Assembly (NCBI GenBank): GCA_000995965.1
Contig: LBYD01000002.1
Coordinates: forward strand, 7,889-71,888
DNA from: Candidatus Moranbacteria bacterium GW2011_GWC2_40_12
GTDB lineage: Bacteria > Patescibacteriota > Minisyncoccia > Moranbacterales > UBA11712
Direction: 5' to 3'
DNA: 64,000 nt
In this document: one piece after another, positions 56,201-64,000 of the stretch
How the letters are laid out: each line of letters starts with the position of its first letter
How positions within the stretch are numbered: the first letter of the stretch is position 1
Made by a program: the position numbers and the translations under genes
The notes under the pieces: model-generated
What the model saw: the letters and a program-made list of their open reading frames with translations, nothing else
Told to the model about the DNA's origin: nothing
The model's database searches: none

Positions 56201-57098
56201 CTCCCGGCCAGGGAGAAATCCCGGTCGGAAAACAATGGGTCTCGCCATTGCAGGATGGATGAATAAAAACCGGTACTTCAATGAGTTCCGACATTTCGCC
56301 CGGATTTTTTGGCTGAAGTACCCAGGCCGGACCGCCCAGAATGGCGCTGGCGTTGTCATGAAAAGCAATGATGCAGTTCCTGGGATTAGCTTCGTAAGGC
56401 ATTTTGGCCATCTGCATCAAGGTGTGCGGCATCAGTTTCCCGTCTATTTCAACCAAAGAATTGAAGGTGATATGGACGGAATGATCGGAGCAGGCCAGTT
56501 CCTTGATGGCATAAATTTCTTCTTCCGAAGGATCCCGGAGCAACTCGCGGGCAAAGAGTGCATAAAAGTGGCGCATGGTTGATTCGCTCATGCCCACTTT
56601 ATACTTCTGATTGGCGGCCCGGATAAGATCCAAGTCGCTCCCCCTGACAGGGACGTTAATGAATAGGTTTTGCGCTTCAGGCACATCGAAGGAATTCAAG
56701 GGTGAGGGATATACTTCCTGCAGCAACCGGTCGAAATTTTTTTCCTTCAGAAACTTTTCCGTCGGTTTCTTCTCGGGCTTTATCAAACGGCGGGAAACTT
56801 CCACCCTTGTGATATTTTCGTAGCCGCAGTCTTGAAGCAGATCAACCCCCATTGAGCTGAAACTGGTTTCCCTTCCACGCCTCGGCCCGATTTCAATCAC
56901 ATTCGGCCCTAAATATTTCGGCTCGAGCCGAACTTCCTGCGTTGGATTTTCCTGGAAGCATACTTTGATTCGGTCGAGCTCTTGCCCGGTTAATGGTTTA
57001 GTGGCACCAATATTGAAACAAAGTTCCTCATCAAAACCCAAGGGCACATAAAAATGGTGCACAACGCCCTGTTGGGGAGCATAAAGTCCCATCTCCAC
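53223..57098 (-). CDS. purL: phosphoribosylformylglycinamidine synthase, large single-chain form
   Basis: 1291 aa; FGAM synthetase core plus C-terminal class-I glutamine amidotransferase (VGTCNGAQ). Confidence 0.95.
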   Translation of the reverse strand: MEMGLYAPQQGVVHHFYVPLGFDEELCFNIGATKPLTGQELDRIKVCFQENPTQEVRLEPKYLGPNVIEIGPRRGRETSFSSMGVDLLQDCGYENITRVEVSRRLIKPEKKPTEKFLKEKNFDRLLQEVYPSPLNSFDVPEAQNLFINVPVRGSDLDLIRAANQKYKVGMSESTMRHFYALFARELLRDPSEEEIYAIKELACSDHSVHITFNSLVEIDGKLMPHTLMQMAKMPYEANPRNCIIAFHDNASAILGGPAWVLQPKNPGEMSELIEVPVFIHPSCNGETHCFPTGISPWPGAETGIGGDYRDDLAKGRGGNHLYAIAGFCTGNLWIPGYVMPWEKMAPRFRAKNMASPFKIMIEAPGGTWDYGNKYGVPVYQGITRAFGMMMPNGEFYSYYKPIMLAETVGTVRDEHVKKGRAKKGLLLIAIGGKAHKIGFGGGSGSSSGIDDKDKDLFYAVQRGCAGMGHLTWRFIRTCVEKGLGNPLISIHDQGAASILNLFTELVEKAGGIVKIRQVQVGDKTMTVLEILVCEYQERYGMLIHPDHLPLCLKIAAREGCPLEVVGEVTDSGRIVFTDEKTGRNPIDLPIKALRDAVPQETIRDRKPAYLGNPVRIPSGLSLKEAAKNVLRLISVCSKEFHIHRADRSVTGLRILDQTCGKLHLPVSDAAISAMDYGDSFGTASAVGECPNMMMLDPRAGARMTVAEMLLNFSGVLFSDFEDIKMCINWMWPAKGIPGGVAKMYFAMEALKDILIALKIAGYGGKDSSSLYVWLMKQLIKSPETLVLTGNVVVPDKTKFVTPDIKRPGESRLMLIDVANGLRRLGGSAFLQTLGQLGDECPDVDWRKLKGAVLAEQMMISEGLIEASHDCVGDGGLFVNLLEMLMAGDCGAEIDLDHHDVWADLFSQEARKVIEYLPENEALIMAILNHFGVPYVVIGNTTVEKRFIIRYDDRGEIFNESVVDLRYQWRETSYQIEKHRINPKCARAERRNLRRQSAPPYKLTFDPVASPTALRNLEDKPRVAILRAKVSTGDRELAAGFRAAGFAVYDVHVNDLRSGKTSLDFFQVLAPAPGFANEDVFGAGKGVAMMFKWNSGMSRQAEDFFARDDTFFVGTCNGAQSGAWMEVLGLPQVKGFPPLIFVRNESREFESRFSTLEIQKSPSVLFRDMEGSRLGAWVSHKEGQVWLADEATEKYIRDNNLITLVFVDNNGKPTMKYPFNPNGSLDGWIGFCDVTGRHNVMMPHLFDRAFLLRQWPWLPEEFKKLEASPWMKPLQNLYDACVRAKTQKVMAA

Positions 57099-57129
57099 AC
57101 CTTCCTTTCCCTTTCGGGTCGAATTTCGT

Positions 57130-57796
57130 TTACGCCGCTGGCATCAGCAGGCGTTTCAGTTCTTCGGATTCATATTCCACCCGGCCATTGACCAGCCTCA
57201 CCTGTTCGTGGACGACGTAATTCAGCACGCGAGATTGCCAGTAATGCTCATCACGATTCACCCGCTTGGCCAGAGTTTCTACTGTGTCTCCGTCATAAAT
57301 CTGAACAGGCCAGACGAAGAAAATGGGTCCGCGGTCATAGACTTCATCCGCAAAGTGCATGGTGACAGCGCTGTGAGTGATTTCCCCGCGATGATAGGCC
57401 GCCATGACCGCCTCATGAACGAAGTGGCCGTAAAACTTCGGCCCGCTGAATTGCGGCAATGGTCCCGGGTGAATATTGATCGTTCTTGCTGTTTCCAAAC
57501 CAATGACTAATTTCAGCCACCCAGAGAGCATCACGAAGTCTGCTTTGTATTTCCAGACATATCTCTCGTACCCATCAGACATGTAGGGGCCAGGCCAGTA
57601 TTCAAATGGTATCCCCAGCTTCTCGGCCTTTGCCTCAACGCCCCCCCTCCCGATGATTGGAAACCACCGCGACAATAACGGCATCCAGACTCGGCGGAAC
57701 AGACCGCGTCGCATTTACCATAGTCTTAAGTCCCGACCCGCCGCCAGTTTTCGTCCCGGAAGCAAACACCAAAATGTTTGGAAAATCCTTACTCAT
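57130..57796 (-). pseudogene. purN: phosphoribosylglycinamide formyltransferase PurN interrupted by a +1 frameshift at a G7 homopolymer (57641-57647)
   Basis: The N-terminal frame (ILVFASGTKTGGGSGLK...VVSNHREGGR*) and C-terminal frame (GGVEAKAEKLGIPFEY...HPGPLP...) overlap; removing one G restores a continuous PurN. Confidence 0.7.
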
Positions 57797-57989
57797 GGTA
57801 GTAATCTCCTTTATAATCCTTTCGGAATTTGAATTCAGTCGTTGTATCTTTTCAGCGAGTTCGCTGTTAATCAGAAATTTACGCAATTATTCAGTTTTCA
57901 AAGACCATATCACAAAAAAGACCAGCCCTCCTCTATAGCCAGTCCTCCTTTACATTCAGGCTATCAAATACAAGCTATTATAGCAATCA

Positions 57990-58018
57990 TTGACAAAAAC
58001 CCGGAGAAGTGCTAAAAT
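57990..58018 (+). promoter_or_regulatory. Near-consensus sigma-70 promoter (TTGACA-17-TAAAAT) with a ~135-nt structured leader
   Basis: ttgacaaaaacccggagaagtgctaaaat; the leader contains three copies of a TTAGGCG element, one inverted. Confidence 0.5.
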
Positions 58019-58153
58019 TTGCTTCAGTTATCGAATTAGGCGTAAGTATCCAAGTATTCATTATATAAGGCATACATAAAGTCGTTCGCCTAAGTTAGAG
58101 CTATTTTGACCCTAAAAAGTCAAGATTATTAACAAGTTAGGCGAAATCAGACA

Positions 58154-58381
58154 ATGGACTATCAAAACAGACCGCAGAGACAGATGCATGATGTATCTTC
58201 TCTCGGACTCAAGTGCACAGAATGCGGCGTGGACATAACGGAACTTCCGTTTGAGCCCACCAAACGCGATGACGACACTTATGGCCGACTCTACTGCCAA
58301 CCCTGCAATCGCAACCGAAGAAAGAGCTTCGGAGGCGGAGGCGGAGGATTCGGCGGCGGCGGTCGAAGAGACCGGTACTAA
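58154..58381 (+). CDS. small zinc-ribbon protein with Gly/Arg-rich (RGG-like) tail
   Basis: CTECG...CQPCN CxxC pairs; C-terminal GGGGGGFGGGGRRDRY. Confidence 0.5.
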   Translation: MDYQNRPQRQMHDVSSLGLKCTECGVDITELPFEPTKRDDDTYGRLYCQPCNRNRRKSFGGGGGGFGGGGRRDRY

Positions 58382-58466
58382 ACCGAACTCAAAACAACCT
58401 CGATCAAAAGTCGGGGTTGTTTTTTGTTTGCTTAAATTGCGAGGAAAAGATTACAATAAAATTCAG

Positions 58467-59252
58467 ATGAGCAGAAAATCAAGGAAAATTAATATAATTC
58501 TTGTTATGTTTGCCGCGATCGCCGGGCTGTATTGCATTTTACGCGATAATAAAAACAATATTCCTCAAAAAGAATTCTCTACTCCTCTTTCTAAAGTCCA
58601 AATAGAAGGCCCAAAACCAGCAGAACAGAGCAAACAACCGGAAAAAATACAGCCAACCGAAGAAGAAAAGCCCGCGCCTCAAATCCCCGAAAAATTTCTG
58701 CTCGAAATCCCTTTTTATTCCCAGGCTCCGCTTTCAAAGTGGGACGCTTTTCATGAAGATATGTGCGAGGAAGCCTCGATTCTGAACGCCGCTTATTATC
58801 TCCTAGGCAAAAAACCTTCAAAAGAAGAATACGCAAAAGAACTCCAAAAAATACAAAACGCCGAAATAAAAGAAGTTGGCGAGTGGAAAAGCACGACCAT
58901 CGCCCAGATCAAGAAAGTGTCCGATATATATTTTAAAGGGAAAATAAAGTCAAACATAATTGATAACCCGTCGATTGAGGATATCGAATCTGAAATCGCC
59001 GAAGGAAATCCGGTTGTCGTTCCGCTTGCCGGCCGCGACATAGGAAATCCCAACTTCACTCCTCCGGGGCCGATTTACCACATGCTGACCATCAAGGGAT
59101 ACGACGCCCAAAACTTCATCACCAACGACGTCGGCACTCGCAAAGGAAACTCATATATCTATAAAAAAGAAGTGATTATGGAGAATATGCATGATTGGAG
59201 TGAGAAAGACATACATTCTGGGGAGAAGATGATTTTGGTATTGTATAAATAG
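58467..59252 (+). CDS. Membrane-anchored peptidase C39-like (YvpB-like) protein, paralog 3
   Basis: IPFYSQAPLSKW....CEEAS and HMLTIKGYDA....ITNDV boxes; start placed at the internal Met after the overlapping small gene. Confidence 0.65.
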   Translation: MSRKSRKINIILVMFAAIAGLYCILRDNKNNIPQKEFSTPLSKVQIEGPKPAEQSKQPEKIQPTEEEKPAPQIPEKFLLEIPFYSQAPLSKWDAFHEDMCEEASILNAAYYLLGKKPSKEEYAKELQKIQNAEIKEVGEWKSTTIAQIKKVSDIYFKGKIKSNIIDNPSIEDIESEIAEGNPVVVPLAGRDIGNPNFTPPGPIYHMLTIKGYDAQNFITNDVGTRKGNSYIYKKEVIMENMHDWSEKDIHSGEKMILVLYK

Positions 59253-59298
59253 AAATTTTCCTATATTATATAAGGAGCTTTATACTTGAAAATACGCT

Positions 59299-60306
59299 AT
59301 GTATTGTTTGGTTGATTTCCGAAACCGTCCCCAATACAAATATACTTTTTCGAAACAAGAAAAAGCACGCGAGTGCCTGAAAAGAATAAAAAACAACCCG
59401 CTGGGTGTGACGGTTTTTTTCGCCGACGGCCGGAGGGAGTATTTTGAGACAGGTATTCCTCAGGGTTTTTTTGCACCGTCAAAAAAAATTATTCAAATTA
59501 AGAAGGGTTGTCATGTGAAATATCAAATTCGCGCAATGAATAACCTCGACGGAGTCCTGAAAAAGCAGTCCCCGTTTGAAACCGCCAGCACTGCCAATTG
59601 GCAAAACAAGTCAGCCCTCTCCCTTTTCATGCTCGGCAACCGAAAAATTTACGCTGGATTGGCTGTCGCCTCGCTTCTCATGTTCGCTTCCTCTTTCTAT
59701 TTCCAAAAGCAATCAACCCAAAGCGCCGCCGCTGTGACAGAAAGTGCCAGCCAAATCGAAGGGCAAGTCGCCGGCGCCGCGGACGCGAAGATAAATGAAG
59801 AAGAAGGCGGCGAATCTTTGAAACTGGCTGATGACGAAATTATTATGAACCTCCTCGGCAAAATCGAAGAAAAAAAACAGGGAGAGTTTGAAGCCGAAAT
59901 TCTGCGCTATATCAAAGGACGGCCGATGGAAGCCATGGCACCCTATATCGCCCAGCAGCCGAGGATGGTCGCCGCTTTCATTGTTGGAATCGCGATGAAA
60001 GAAAGCAAATTCGGAGTTTATGCTCCTCACAGCAATGGACGCGATTGCCTGAACTACTGGGGATACCGCGGACCGGAAAACACAACCGCTTCCGGTTATT
60101 CTTGTTTCGATTCGCCCGAGCACGCCGTCCAAGTGATCGGGAAAAAGATATCGAAACTCGTGGCGCAGGGAATTTCCAATCCGTCCGAGATGATTTCCTG
60201 GAAATGCGGTTCGACTTGCGCGGGCCACGGCGCCGAAAGCGTCCGCAAGTGGATCGCCGATGTGGGAGTGAACTTCTATAAAATAAACTCGAAAGAAAAT
60301 TCGTGA
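59299..60306 (+). CDS. membrane-anchored lysozyme-like domain protein (putative peptidoglycan hydrolase), paralog 1
   Basis: C-terminal ~125 aa AAFIVGIAMKESKFGVY...GRDC.NYWG...GYSCF.SPE...ISWKCGS.CAGHGA...NFYKIN; a catalytic-Glu-like MKESKFG block resembling SLT/glucosaminidase folds. Confidence 0.5.
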   Translation: MYCLVDFRNRPQYKYTFSKQEKARECLKRIKNNPLGVTVFFADGRREYFETGIPQGFFAPSKKIIQIKKGCHVKYQIRAMNNLDGVLKKQSPFETASTANWQNKSALSLFMLGNRKIYAGLAVASLLMFASSFYFQKQSTQSAAAVTESASQIEGQVAGAADAKINEEEGGESLKLADDEIIMNLLGKIEEKKQGEFEAEILRYIKGRPMEAMAPYIAQQPRMVAAFIVGIAMKESKFGVYAPHSNGRDCLNYWGYRGPENTTASGYSCFDSPEHAVQVIGKKISKLVAQGISNPSEMISWKCGSTCAGHGAESVRKWIADVGVNFYKINSKENS

Positions 60307-60482
60307 AATAGGCTTATATAAGCCTATAAAATCCTGCCACAAAATGCCCCTTGACGCCACTGCCCGCTTCTGCTAGCATAACCCAAGTCAACAATAAATG
60401 GAGTAGCTATTAGTGCTATTCTTTTTTTGTTGGTTTACCCCGTATATTGTGCAATAGCAAAATATCTTCGGGGCTGCCCGGC

Positions 60483-60506
60483 AATGTTTCACGGCTGTGA
60501 AACATT
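60483..60506. promoter_or_regulatory. Perfect inverted repeat AATGTTTCAC-ggct-GTGAAACATT upstream of lysozyme-like paralog 2
   Basis: 10-bp arms; same TGTTTCAC 8-mer as the direct repeats at 53163-53226. Confidence 0.45.
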
Positions 60507-60618
60507 TTGCAGGGGCTCGGTCCGTTGGATCCGGCTCGCCGGATCATTCAATTGGGCCTGCAGTCTAAAAGCGGCTCAAAAGTCGATTTAGACGAAGATA
60601 ATTTTTGAAAATTATCCG

Positions 60619-61482
60619 ATGGGTGAATGGAGTAAATCCGCTTTTTATGGGGGGGTTTATACCAAAACTCAAAAAACAGAAAATTGCATAAGTTGCGATA
60701 TAAAATATACTTTTAAATATCGCCAATTCACCGCCCAGCTTGAGAAATTCAGAAACTTTGGGGAAACCGGCTGGGAAAAAACAAAGTATTTTTCAAAGGT
60801 CTATAAAAGAAAACTTCAAAGCCACATCTCAAAGAAGCAGGAAGTCTACCTGCCGGTTTTGATCGCGATCACGCTTCTCGCGCTGGTTTTTGTCTCGAAA
60901 ACCGCTTTTTCAAAAAACATTGATCCAACCAACAATCTTCCAGTTGAGGATATTTATAAAGTAAAGCTGATTGGAACAAACCTCGAAAACAAAACCGGAA
61001 AAATCTGCTCGGGTGAAAATGAGGAATATCAGAAAAATCTGGCCAAGAGCGCTTCGGCGCCGGCCGCAAGCGACCTCAAAGAGGATGTTGAAAAAATCGT
61101 GAAGAACACTCCGATGGCCGCCATGATTGATCCAATTTCCGAAAAAGACCGGACCGTGGCCGCTTTCATCGTTGGAATCGCCATGAAAGAAAGTAAGTTT
61201 GGAGTCTATTCTCCAAAACTTGCCGGACGGGACTGCTACAACTACTGGGGATTCAAGGGAGGCGGAAAAACCGTCGCCGGAGGATACAGCTGTTTTGCTT
61301 CTCCGGAGCAGGCCGTTGACGCGGTCGGCGGAAAAATTGAAAAAATGGTCGCGAAAGGTGTCCGGACTCCCGCTCAAGCCATCTCCTGGAAATGCGGATC
61401 ATCCTGCGCCGGACACGGCGCGGCCAATGTTCAGAAATGGATTTCCGACGTTGCCATAAACTTCTATAAAATCAATTCGTAA
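60619..61482 (+). CDS. membrane-anchored lysozyme-like domain protein, paralog 2
   Basis: Same conserved C-terminal domain as 59299-60306. Confidence 0.5.
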   Translation: MGEWSKSAFYGGVYTKTQKTENCISCDIKYTFKYRQFTAQLEKFRNFGETGWEKTKYFSKVYKRKLQSHISKKQEVYLPVLIAITLLALVFVSKTAFSKNIDPTNNLPVEDIYKVKLIGTNLENKTGKICSGENEEYQKNLAKSASAPAASDLKEDVEKIVKNTPMAAMIDPISEKDRTVAAFIVGIAMKESKFGVYSPKLAGRDCYNYWGFKGGGKTVAGGYSCFASPEQAVDAVGGKIEKMVAKGVRTPAQAISWKCGSSCAGHGAANVQKWISDVAINFYKINS

Positions 61483-61493
61483 TATATCGACAG

Positions 61494-61519
61494 AAAAACG
61501 GCCCGCAAGGGCCGTTTTT
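61494..61519. terminator. bidirectional terminator between the lysozyme-like gene and rpoD
   Basis: aaaaacggcccgcaagggccgttttt. Confidence 0.65.
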
Positions 61520-61566
61520 CCTATCCGAAATATGAAGTTATGCATTATGAGTTCTGCGCTCTATGA

Positions 61567-62850
61567 TTAATAATCCTTGAGTTTGTCGACTAATCCGCTT
61601 TCGCGGATTTTGTCGAGGGCCTTGGCTTCAATCTGCCGGATGCGCTCGCGCGTGACGCCGAATTCATGGCCCACTTCTTCCAGCGTGTGTGTCACTCCGT
61701 CTTCAAGCCCGAAACGGATTTTGAGAATTTTCTGCTCGCGGGGCGTCAAGTCTTTCAGTACCAGCTCCACATGGTCAGCTAGTAGTTTTCTGGCTGCGCT
61801 TTGATGCGGCATGACCGTTTCTGTGTCCTCAATGAAATCGCCGAGAATGCTATCATCTTCACTATCGCCAACGGGAGTTTCAATGGAAACTGTTTCCTGC
61901 GAAATCTTCATGATGTGGCGCACTTTTTCGACTTCAATCCCCATTTCTGCCGCGATTTCTTCCGGAAGCGGATCGCGTCCCAGATCCTGGACAAGACGCC
62001 GCGTAGCTTGAGTATATTTATTGATAGTCTCAACCATATGCACAGGTATTCGGATAGTTCGAGACTGGTCGGCAAGAGCTCTAGTGATGGCTTGACGTAT
62101 CCACCAAGTGGCATAGGTCGAAAACTTATATCCTTTTCGATAATCAAATTTTTCCACCGCCCGGAAAAGTCCGATGTTGCCCTCCTGGATAAGGTCAAGG
62201 AGCGATAGATTCGTGCTGCGTCCGACATATTTCTTTGCGATAGAAACCACGAGCCGCAAATTAGCTTCGGTGAGCTTTTGTTTGGCGGCTAAATCCCCTC
62301 TTTCGTTTCTTTTTGCCAGTTGCACTTCTTCCTCACCCTTAAGAAGCGGAACCCGGCCGATTTCCCGAAGATACATCTGGACAGAATCGGAAGAAATATC
62401 GCCAAGATCCAGCGGGACATCCATATCTTCAACTTTTTTATCCTTGTCGTCCTCATGTTCAGCCTCTTCTTTGATCACTTCATCGGAGCTCACTATTTTC
62501 ACGCCGGACTTTTCCAGTTTTTCATAAAGTTTCTCGAGCTGGGCCACATTTTTCTCTACCTCCGGAATAATCTGAAGAATTTCATCCTCCGTAACGAATC
62601 CTCTCTGTTTTCCGAGTTTCACGAACTCGATCAAGCTTCCTTTTCCCGTTGGCTCTTCTTCCTTTCCCTTTTTGGCCGGTTTCTTGGAAGAAGCAGCCTT
62701 GGAAACACGGCTCCGCTGCTGCGCGAGCTTCTTTTGTTTCTTTTTCTTCGCGGCTCTTTTTTTCAGCTTTCCCATCGACATTATTTTCTTTCCAGATTTT
62801 TTCTTGGCGAATCTCTTTTTTACCATCTTTTTTTTCTTCTTCTTTGGCAT
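61567..62850 (-). CDS. rpoD: RNA polymerase sigma-70 factor RpoD with Lys-rich N-terminus
   Basis: Regions 1.2-4 including [22 protein letters not shown] and TLEEVG. Confidence 0.95.
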   Translation of the reverse strand: MPKKKKKKMVKKRFAKKKSGKKIMSMGKLKKRAAKKKKQKKLAQQRSRVSKAASSKKPAKKGKEEEPTGKGSLIEFVKLGKQRGFVTEDEILQIIPEVEKNVAQLEKLYEKLEKSGVKIVSSDEVIKEEAEHEDDKDKKVEDMDVPLDLGDISSDSVQMYLREIGRVPLLKGEEEVQLAKRNERGDLAAKQKLTEANLRLVVSIAKKYVGRSTNLSLLDLIQEGNIGLFRAVEKFDYRKGYKFSTYATWWIRQAITRALADQSRTIRIPVHMVETINKYTQATRRLVQDLGRDPLPEEIAAEMGIEVEKVRHIMKISQETVSIETPVGDSEDDSILGDFIEDTETVMPHQSAARKLLADHVELVLKDLTPREQKILKIRFGLEDGVTHTLEEVGHEFGVTRERIRQIEAKALDKIRESGLVDKLKDY

Positions 62851-62996
62851 ACCCAGTGGTGAAAATTTGACTCTAAGCTGCTGACAGTCAAATTCCTAAT
62901 CAATATTTAATAAATCAAAAAAATTTTTATCACATTATTTTGCGAAAGTCAGTCAAACTCCTGCTGCCGGACACAACAAAAATGATAAATGACAAA

Positions 62997-64000
62997 CTAT
63001 TCTCCAGGCTGGCTCGACAAATCTTGGAATTCCTGAAGCAGAGCTTTTGCTGTTTTTTTATCGCCGGCTTTCTCTGCTTCCTTTATTTTTTTTGAAAATT
63101 CAGCCCTGCTTTCCCTAATCATCATATTTCTTTGCCTTTTCAGGGCTTCTTTGAGATCCTCCTCTGGAAAAGTAATCCCGTTCTCATCTCTCTCTACTTC
63201 AACTTCAAAGACAGCCTCATCAATCAGCCTCTGAGCTTCGAAATCAAAAACTAAGCTTTTTATTTTTTCAGAATTTTTCTCTTGTCCCTCTTTTTTCAGC
63301 TTTTCGATTATCCTTCTTTCTGTCTCGCCTGAAAAGTTGTTCGGATTGATAGTCTCCCTTTGTTTATCCGTCTCTCCGGGAAAAACGAATAAGAGTCCAA
63401 TTATTCTTCTTTCCACCGCTTTTTCTTTTCCCGCACTCTGCAAAATAGCGTTCTCTTTTCCCCTGATAGCCGGCTTTGGTTCGCTCCTTGCCTTTTTCAA
63501 AATTTCCACAAGCGCTGATTCTCCAACGCCAAGCTTTTCGGCGAGCGTTTTGATCCAGTGCCCCTTTTCAACGGGGTTGGCGATATCTTTTATGACATTC
63601 AAAAGTTCTTTGGCAATTTTTTTCTTATCGGACGACTTTTTTGGATCGTGACGCGAGAAGGCGTCTTCAAAAAAATACTCAACAACTTCCCGAGCCCCTT
63701 CAACTGACATTTTCCAAACTGCTTTGTCTTCCCGGACAATATCTGCCGCGTCCTTCTCTTTGGGTAGCAGCACTATTCTAACATTCAAATCATTCTCGAG
63801 GCAAACGCGGGCACTTTTTCTGGCCGCCGCCTGTCCAGCTGGGTCCATGTCAAAAGCCATCTTGATGTTTTCCGTGTAGCGTTTGATAACTTTTATCTGC
63901 TCCGGGCCGAAAGCCGTTCCGGAAACCGCTATCGTGTTTTGGAATCCCGCTTGCTGTGAAGCGATCACGTCCATGTTGCCTTCAACTAATACGACTTCAT
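62997..64000 (-). CDS. dnaG: DNA primase DnaG, 3' portion (TOPRIM plus C-terminal domain); the N-terminus lies beyond the window end
   Basis: EGNMDVIASQQAG, AVSGTAF and FDMDPAGQ TOPRIM motifs; canonical dnaG-rpoD arrangement. Confidence 0.9.
   Translation of the reverse strand, partial: EVVLVEGNMDVIASQQAGFQNTIAVSGTAFGPEQIKVIKRYTENIKMAFDMDPAGQAAARKSARVCLENDLNVRIVLLPKEKDAADIVREDKAVWKMSVEGAREVVEYFFEDAFSRHDPKKSSDKKKIAKELLNVIKDIANPVEKGHWIKTLAEKLGVGESALVEILKKARSEPKPAIRGKENAILQSAGKEKAVERRIIGLLFVFPGETDKQRETINPNNFSGETERRIIEKLKKEGQEKNSEKIKSLVFDFEAQRLIDEAVFEVEVERDENGITFPEEDLKEALKRQRNMMIRESRAEFSKKIKEAEKAGDKKTAKALLQEFQDLSSQPGE

Noticed and set aside
57635-57886. Calling the 83-aa and 194-aa minus-strand ORFs as two separate genes
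   Set aside because: Both are fragments of one PurN split at a G7 tract, so they are reported as a single frameshifted purN.
62650-62870. Lys-rich AAG/AAA-repeat region at the rpoD 5' end as a tandem-repeat element
   Set aside because: It encodes the Lys-rich N-terminal tail of RpoD in frame ([22 protein letters not shown]...), a compositional feature of the protein, not a noncoding repeat.
1-64000. CRISPR arrays, cas genes, transposases, integrases, reverse transcriptases or phage structural genes
   Set aside because: No regularly spaced identical direct repeats with unique spacers were found. The only multi-copy short repeats are palindromic hairpin families at gene ends. No ORF showed DDE, tyrosine-recombinase or RT motifs.
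1-64000. tRNA and rRNA genes
   Set aside because: I scanned all intergenic regions >80 nt for T-loop (GGTTCGAAT/GTTCRANYC) and cloverleaf-compatible segments and found none. No rRNA-like conserved stretches were seen. This cannot be fully excluded without tRNAscan or Infernal.

Overview
This 64 kb window reads as a gene-dense chromosomal segment of a small-genome bacterium with standard genetic code. SD-like GGAGG sites occur before some genes. Many proteins carry a single N-terminal TM anchor and some have Lys-rich tails, which suggests an uncultivated Patescibacteria/CPR-like lineage; this is inference only. Housekeeping content is clear: purine synthesis (purH; purN-purL-purM, with purN frameshifted), pyrimidine synthesis (pyrE-pyrF, pyrH), argG, lgt, a murJ-like flippase, and the partial dnaG-rpoD operon at the 3' end. 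A redox-stress set sits in the first 8 kb: tspO, msrA, msrB, a DUF1059 protein and a PQQ sugar dehydrogenase. A copper island holds a copA P-type ATPase, a permease-cupredoxin fusion and a cupredoxin-like protein. A signalling cluster holds a PAS sensor kinase, an OmpR-type regulator, a Big_2 secreted protein, an ECF sigma factor and an SPW-repeat protein. The unusual content is mostly repeats and paralog families. A ~330 bp regulatory module is present twice; each copy carries a 57-aa AbrB/SpoVT-like gene, a 20-bp perfect palindromic operator and an outward-facing -10 box, and each sits upstream of an unrelated gene. Four short palindrome families recur across loci; they are mostly terminator-like, and one (TTACGTAATTAATTACGTAA) lies upstream of both tspO and msrA. 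Three membrane-anchored proteins share a strictly conserved C-terminal Cys motif, HxDxxCC(P/L)DPDE(W/Y)PNPxC, and I do not recognise the family. There are three C39-like peptidase paralogs and two lysozyme-like paralogs. argG carries a 156-codon in-frame N-terminal extension with weak resemblance to the ArgR C-terminal domain. purN is split by a +1 frameshift at a G7 homopolymer. A TGTTTCAC 8-mer occurs as four direct repeats between purL and purM and as a perfect inverted repeat upstream of a lysozyme-like gene. I found no CRISPR array, transposase, integrase, rRNA or convincing tRNA.
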